Part shown: one piece after another, positions 33,001 to 36,767 of the stretch
Position numbering within the stretch: the first letter of the stretch is position 1
Layout: each line of letters begins with the position of its first letter
Position numbers and translations under genes: made by a program
The notes under the pieces: generated by a model
Database searches by the model: none
What the model was told of the DNA's origin: nothing
Seen by the model: the letters and a program-made list of their open reading frames with translations, nothing else
Origin: a virus
Taxonomy: Duplodnaviria > Caudoviricetes
IMG/VR virus record: IMGVR_UViG_3300044580_000348
Location: 1-36,767 of that record
DNA: 36,767 bases
Reading direction: 5' to 3' (one strand)

Positions 33001-34085
33001 AAGACTGGGCAGCACTGGAAAGCGGTGCCTGGTGTGTGTACGACAACGATGACTCGAACGGCTTCACAAAAGGGAAGATATCTGACTTTGTGGAGGCGAA
33101 GGCGAAGGATGGGGTTACCGACCGATATGTGGAGGATGCTATTTTTGATACAGAAAGCAGGGAGCTTAAATTGCAAAGAGCTGGAAATCTTTCAGATATT
33201 AATGTGAAAATACCTGAAACACCCATCACTCAAATTGTAAATTCAATCACAGGAAGCGGTGTTACCTATGGTTTTCTTTATAATTATTATGCTATTACTG
33301 ATCTCAGAAATATATCAAGTTCAGATGATTGGATTATTCCCACACTATATGATGATGTTTTTACACTAAGAGATTATTTAGGTGGTGTTTCTGGAAATGG
33401 TGGAAAACTAAAAGAAACTGGCACAATATATTGGAATACGCCAAATACCGGAGCTACAAATGAGCTGAAATTCAACGCAAGGGCTGCGGGTATGAGAACG
33501 GAACCTTTTTCAGATAAGGGAAATAGGTCATTAATCCACACTACCAGTGAAGCAACAGAACCGCCAAACGGGACACATCGTTTATTTAGATTGGATTATG
33601 ATTCGGCTGATATTAAGTATGACATGGTTTCATATTTATATAGTGGACATTCAGTCAGATTAATAAAAAGATCAACTGATTTATCAAACGGTGAAACTGG
33701 AATTTATATCGGAAATGATGGGAAAATTTATCCGACTATATGTATTGGATCACAGGAATGGTTGGCTGTAAATCTCATTGAAACAAAATATAGAGATGGA
33801 TCACTAATCCCTGGACCAACATTCACCGATGATGAATGGAAATCACTTACTTCTGGGGCTTATTGTTTTTATGATAACGACATAAGTAATGCCGGAGAAT
33901 TGCCTTTAATGAATCATAATCATTTAGGAGGATTACAGGGAGGCAAAGAAACCGAAAGATATCATTTGACAAAGGAATTATCAGATTTTTTATCCAATAT
34001 ATTTTTGTATGGATATAATGGATCATTCACGGCTGACGGGAAAACAATCCATGTTGATTATGGTATTATTACTTATATTGAATAA
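30000..34085 (+). CDS. Large tail tip protein: Dit-like + Tal/hub domain + two FISUMP (Fib_succ_major)-like domains
   Basis: LEYGKGKGLY, TVLYAYGAAKNL, FFDDIYPRRTGTVT hub motifs; YGxLYN, GWHVPT, GxSVRL, GNDGKIY, WCVYDND repeats. Confidence 0.82.
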   Translation: MSWLLDDIDFADYGVKVRKSQGVIDMPALMDEGYNWLDENGRDYWQDIADCRFADREIVLWCYLKATSYAQFKSRLNSFTTAIKAAGKRWLTTPFGTEIECYVKREIAVERQGSYVKSWQLGLFTLYLTVPGDTRYKVYPIYHASGAPIVDYLVTDNLRISRNLQGDSYATCTVEKNVPLAVDMYAYILINTNGLNYEPYYFMHRPEVTKASTNKFTYNLRLEHGSILLKQSRFLNNSESDFPLYADLETIVDLVCDNADRFIPGKFIAGTIDATTTRLHTFKGEDCLSVVKRLAQEYKLEYDVRFVYPGSYYVIDIREQIAATKEITLEYGKGKGLYELRRGQPNRDNLCTVLYAYGAAKNLKPDYRSGKRRLEFDGNPLRKNDETYMGVEKDAFFDDIYPRRTGTVTGYTQVLKDDLTDAQKEIWPGGIYQVIDTSLDFDLNDYLLGGLSAKIHMNSGSLAGFEFEIALYDHASTSMYIIPFKDERGAVYPSALLQIAPDDEYVLVDIDQPERYVAAAEAELEAAAGDLLDRLCEPDYPYEATVDPAFLATISDRFEVGDRVTIKDTNLSIEQLYRITQLVYHAYTGVYELSLAEFRQYTKRERQQIVIDKIVRTIEATNAQEVETIRKDQETTNELRNRLLDPITEKLQLDTLVRHESIDPGMLAFDAGVPQFFLKGMMVEANYGDDPNKVYISSGYLIITNYYTECRYDIKKKRDAAIEYDPSRSWFIQGQTYDLSNTSLQYAYVKINLDINQDEGEIIFDDKHIEVKRYLSSGYLYYKLGYLTAVESPRGVAMLWGNVKQPSNIEIARSLIGIPKYGSLYNEDALTDARNICAPGWHVPTLAELEALYDEVNNGIPDDETGLVLKSLGLQYWAEGHTANDRKGFDLRGTGKRNADGTFEGIQEIVHLGSTTSDVWTFEYDNSGSTFETVAANVGRVLRPIADTTELVDEGQTGWYTGNDGKIYRTRLIYGVEWVVENVSETYYQDGSPIEKVEDAEDWAALESGAWCVYDNDDSNGFTKGKISDFVEAKAKDGVTDRYVEDAIFDTESRELKLQRAGNLSDINVKIPETPITQIVNSITGSGVTYGFLYNYYAITDLRNISSSDDWIIPTLYDDVFTLRDYLGGVSGNGGKLKETGTIYWNTPNTGATNELKFNARAAGMRTEPFSDKGNRSLIHTTSEATEPPNGTHRLFRLDYDSADIKYDMVSYLYSGHSVRLIKRSTDLSNGETGIYIGNDGKIYPTICIGSQEWLAVNLIETKYRDGSLIPGPTFTDDEWKSLTSGAYCFYDNDISNAGELPLMNHNHLGGLQGGKETERYHLTKELSDFLSNIFLYGYNGSFTADGKTIHVDYGIITYIE

Positions 34086-34155
34086 TTCGCCTTACATTAT
34101 ATCTGATATCAAATGCGGAATAGCGAAAGGATTGTGTGTACACAAATTAATCACC

Positions 34156-34521
34156 ATGATTACTATGATTGAAATACCAGCAAACCCCAACATGGAAACC
34201 CTCAAAATAGTGATGTGGGTGGCCGTCGGCATCATTGTGATGCTGCTTGCAATAGTCGGGTACTTCGTGCGTGTGCACCTCTCGGGCGAGAAAGGGCGGA
34301 TCGACAAGCTCACCGCTGTGGTCGACACATTGCGCGAAACAGTTACAACCATTAAGGGAATAGTCGATATCATCAAGAAAGAACAGGAGGAGCGCGATCC
34401 CCGCACCGAGCGACGCCTTAACGACCATGCCTGCAAGTTGTCGCGACACGACAAGGCAATTGTAAGGATCGAAACAAAGCTGAACATCAGAAACAAGGAC
34501 ACAGAAGAAGAAACAGAATAA
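34156..34521 (+). CDS. Membrane protein (1 TM + coiled coil), holin/antiholin-like
   Basis: TM IVMWVAVGIIVMLLAIVGYFV; first gene of lysis block; start uncertain. Confidence 0.6.
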   Translation: MITMIEIPANPNMETLKIVMWVAVGIIVMLLAIVGYFVRVHLSGEKGRIDKLTAVVDTLRETVTTIKGIVDIIKKEQEERDPRTERRLNDHACKLSRHDKAIVRIETKLNIRNKDTEEETE

Positions 34522-34522
34522 C

Positions 34523-34900
34523 ATGAAAAAATTATTAAAAGTATGGGAATGGAAGGTCTGGGAACGGAAGTTCTGGGCAGGCCTGGGGAAAACCGAGTAT
34601 TTCATCGGTTTCATAGCGTTTTGCGCGTGGCTGGCCATCGAGGTCGGCGGGAAGCTGTTCGGCTGGGAAACCTACCCTGTGGGGTACTGGCAGAAAATTG
34701 CCTTCGGGATACTGGCAACGTCGATCATATCGGCAGTTGGCTGGGTGTGGCTGGGGGCATCGTTCCCGGAGCTCAAGAAGCTGATCGATCCGGATAGTAT
34801 GAATATACAACAGATTACGACATGGGAAAAGCTCAAATTAGCACTATTTTTCTGGGGCTTCTATGTTGGATCGGCAGTTCTTTTGTCGAGCCTGTATTAG
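34523..34900 (+). CDS. Putative holin (3 TM)
   Basis: Three hydrophobic segments, directly before endolysin. Confidence 0.6.
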   Translation: MKKLLKVWEWKVWERKFWAGLGKTEYFIGFIAFCAWLAIEVGGKLFGWETYPVGYWQKIAFGILATSIISAVGWVWLGASFPELKKLIDPDSMNIQQITTWEKLKLALFFWGFYVGSAVLLSSLY

Positions 34901-35547
34901 AAGATCAGCCTGTCATACAGCGCAGCAGCCGGTTAAGGGAAAAGTTTGTTGCGCTGGCTGAATCGCAGCTTCATGTACGCGAAGCTACCGGCAACAACGA
35001 CGGGCGCGAGGTTGAGATGTTCCTCCGCAGTGTAGGCCTCAAAAAAGGGCAACCGTGGTGCGCAGCTTTCGTGTCGTGGCTGCATATTGAAAACAACGTG
35101 CCAAACCCGGAGTCGGGCTATTCGCCCGACTGGTTCCGCGCAAACGTTGTGTATGCAGCCAGGCAGCCACGGATCACACCATTTGAGAGCCGCCCGGCGC
35201 AGGTCTTCGGCCTCTATTACGAGAGCAAGAAGCGTATTGCCCATGTGGGTATCATTACCGGTGAAACCCGGTTACATTATGAGACCATCGAGGGCAACAC
35301 CAACACCGCAGGCAGCAACGAAGGCGACGGGGTGTACCGGAAAATACGGAAGAAGGAAACCATATATATGATATCGGACTTCGTGGGATATCAGGAAGTA
35401 TTGAAAGCATTGAAAAATAACGAAAAACAAGAAAAAAATGGCACTCGGAAACAAAGTAGAAAACGCAATCATAGCGGCAATATCCGCTATCGTGTCGATC
35501 GTAGTCACAACCATGATTGTGAACCAGACCTCAATAGCACCACTTGA
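34822..35547 (+). CDS. CHAP-domain endolysin with hydrophobic N-terminus
   Basis: EATGNNDG, PWCAAFVSW (catalytic Cys), HVGII (His), TIEGNT. Confidence 0.85.
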   Translation: MGKAQISTIFLGLLCWIGSSFVEPVLEDQPVIQRSSRLREKFVALAESQLHVREATGNNDGREVEMFLRSVGLKKGQPWCAAFVSWLHIENNVPNPESGYSPDWFRANVVYAARQPRITPFESRPAQVFGLYYESKKRIAHVGIITGETRLHYETIEGNTNTAGSNEGDGVYRKIRKKETIYMISDFVGYQEVLKALKNNEKQEKNGTRKQSRKRNHSGNIRYRVDRSHNHDCEPDLNSTT

Positions 35548-35779
35548 AAGGCAGATTGAGAAACAGAATGAGGTGATCATTGAGCTTGCGAAGATCGAGA
35601 AGTACAAGTACGAGATCAAGAACGACTTTGAAAAGATGAAGCCCAAGGAAGGGCAGATCATCGTCCAGCTCGACAACAAGCTGTCGGCCCTCCAGGTAAC
35701 ATCCGACTCTATGAAGGTAGATACAGTGAAGGAGAAAGCCAGGTTCTGGGACAGGGTGAAGTTCTGGAAGAAGCGCTAA
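35438..35779 (+). CDS. TM + coiled-coil protein, possible spanin component
   Basis: N-terminal TM then coiled coil; follows endolysin. Confidence 0.55.
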   Translation: MALGNKVENAIIAAISAIVSIVVTTMIVNQTSIAPLERQIEKQNEVIIELAKIEKYKYEIKNDFEKMKPKEGQIIVQLDNKLSALQVTSDSMKVDTVKEKARFWDRVKFWKKR

Positions 35780-35785
35780 GATAGG

Positions 35786-35919
35786 GGGCTTCAAAAAAGA
35801 AGCCCTGTCGCCGTCGGCAGAAGCTCTCACCCTCCTGCACGACATTTGAGGTGCCACAACACCACGACAAGGCAATGCCTTATCTGATGTTGTGGCATCA
35901 GTATTTTATGACGTGAGAG
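35786..35919 (+). ncRNA. Candidate structured cis-regulatory RNA leader of the methylase
   Basis: Multi-stem junction with two loop-to-downstream pairings and mutually exclusive hairpins (see findings). Confidence 0.5.
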
Positions 35920-35937
35920 AAAACAAAGTTACAAAAA

Positions 35938-36714
35938 ATGAAGACTCCGATAAGCTATTATGGAGGGAAACAAACGATGTTGAAACATCTGCTTCCATTG
36001 ATCCCCGAGCACGTTCTTTACACCGAGGCGTTTGCAGGCGGGGCAGCCCTGTATTTCGCAAAGGAGGCCTCTGAAATGGAGGTCATCAACGACATTAACT
36101 TCAATTTAATTACCTTTTATCGAGTATTGAAATGCCGTTTTAGCGATCTTCAATCGAAAATAGAAACTACACTTCACAGCAGGGCCACGTACGACTATGC
36201 CTGCTGGGTGTACGACAATCCACTGTATTTCGATGAAATAGAAAGGGCATGGGCAGTATGGGTGCTGTCGAAGATATCGTTTGCATCGAAATTGGGCGGC
36301 TCGTTTGGCTATGATCGTAACGAGAATTGTATCTGTAAGAAGCTCGTCAATGCAAAAGATATGTTCACAGAAGAACTAAGCAAGCGGCTTGAGAACACGC
36401 AGATTGAGTGTACATCAGCCCTCCGGGTGATATCGAGCCGGGATTGTCCAGGTGCTTTTCATTTTGTTGACCCGCCATATATCAACAGCAACTGTGGGCA
36501 TTATAGCGATACCTTTAACCTTGCCGATTTTGAGGAATTGCTTGAGCTGCTCAGTGGTGTGAAGGGTAAGATGATGCTGACAATGTTTCCGCATTCTGTA
36601 CTGGCCGATTATGTGAAGCGTTATGGCTGGAAGGTGGTAGAAGTTGAGCGGTTAATATCAGCCAGTAAAAGCAGTCGGCGCAGACAAGTTGAGCTAATAG
36701 TTTCTAATTTCTGA
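35938..36714 (+). CDS. dam: D12-class N6-adenine DNA methyltransferase (Dam-like)
   Basis: TPISYYGGK, YTEAFAGGAA, EVINDIN, FVDPPY. Confidence 0.92.
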   Translation: MKTPISYYGGKQTMLKHLLPLIPEHVLYTEAFAGGAALYFAKEASEMEVINDINFNLITFYRVLKCRFSDLQSKIETTLHSRATYDYACWVYDNPLYFDEIERAWAVWVLSKISFASKLGGSFGYDRNENCICKKLVNAKDMFTEELSKRLENTQIECTSALRVISSRDCPGAFHFVDPPYINSNCGHYSDTFNLADFEELLELLSGVKGKMMLTMFPHSVLADYVKRYGWKVVEVERLISASKSSRRRQVELIVSNF

Positions 36715-36719
36715 GAATT

Positions 36720-36760
36720 TGCACATTTCGTTTTTATATTTGTGTACTTTTTGATTTTGT
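36720..36760 (-). repeat. Right-end putative transposase binding sites R2 (36720-36737) and R1 (36743-36760)
   Basis: Reverse complements ATAAAAACGAAATGTGCA (16/18) and ACAAAATCAAAAAGTACA (13/18) match L1. Confidence 0.7.
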
Positions 36761-36767
36761 GATTATA

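Larger units (their letters stand above)
1..36767. mobile_element. Complete or near-complete Mu-like transposable prophage (siphovirus-type tail), probable Bacteroidota host
   Basis: Repressor-Ner-MuA-MuB-Gam early block, DUF935-like portal/gpF/gpG/gp36-like head genes, tail tube and tape measure without sheath, terminal methylase, inverted repeats at both ends of the window. Confidence 0.95.

Noticed and set aside
30000-34085. Diversity-generating retroelement targeting the FISUMP domains
   Set aside because: No reverse transcriptase and no near-identical TR/VR pair with adenine-specific differences; the two copies resemble each other only at protein level. Trans-acting DGR cannot be excluded.
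27339-34085. Mu-type invertible G segment
   Set aside because: No serine invertase, no inverted gix-like sites seen and no oppositely oriented fibre genes
35438-35547. Functional C-terminal extension of the endolysin overlapping the next gene
   Set aside because: Low-complexity tail after the CHAP domain; more likely incidental overlap or stop loss
35880-35925. Hammerhead ribozyme (CTGATG...GAAA)
   Set aside because: Core is CTGATGT rather than CTGANGA and the three required stems could not be built

Overview
The window is almost exactly one complete ~36.8 kb transposable (Mu-like) siphophage/prophage genome, most likely from a Bacteroidota host (TTTG-N19-21-TAnnTTTG-type promoters, A-rich non-Shine-Dalgarno starts). 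Inverted 18-bp putative transposase-binding sites lie at both termini. Order: repressor, Cro/Ner-like gene, MuA-like DDE transposase, MuB-like ATPase, second ATPase, early genes, Gam, a tRNA(CAU), a sugar-modification cluster (GT-A glycosyltransferase, PP-loop/QueC-like enzyme, WbpB-like NDP-sugar oxidase, GH16 hydrolase), small accessory genes, an inverted minus-strand packaging/head-completion block, protease, capsid, tail tube, chaperone with a probable -1 frameshift, tape measure, receptor-binding/tail proteins, lysis genes and a Dam-like methylase in the position of Mu mom. Best leads: (1) a possible virion-glycosylation system, because capsid and tail tube both end in an acidic ...PES-stop tail and the phage carries its own glyco-enzymes; (2) an integron attC/cassette-like structure with no integrase; (3) a complex pseudoknotted RNA leader upstream of the methylase; (4) an atypical tRNA; (5) circularly permuted FISUMP domains. 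All family calls come from motif recognition by eye; no searches were run.
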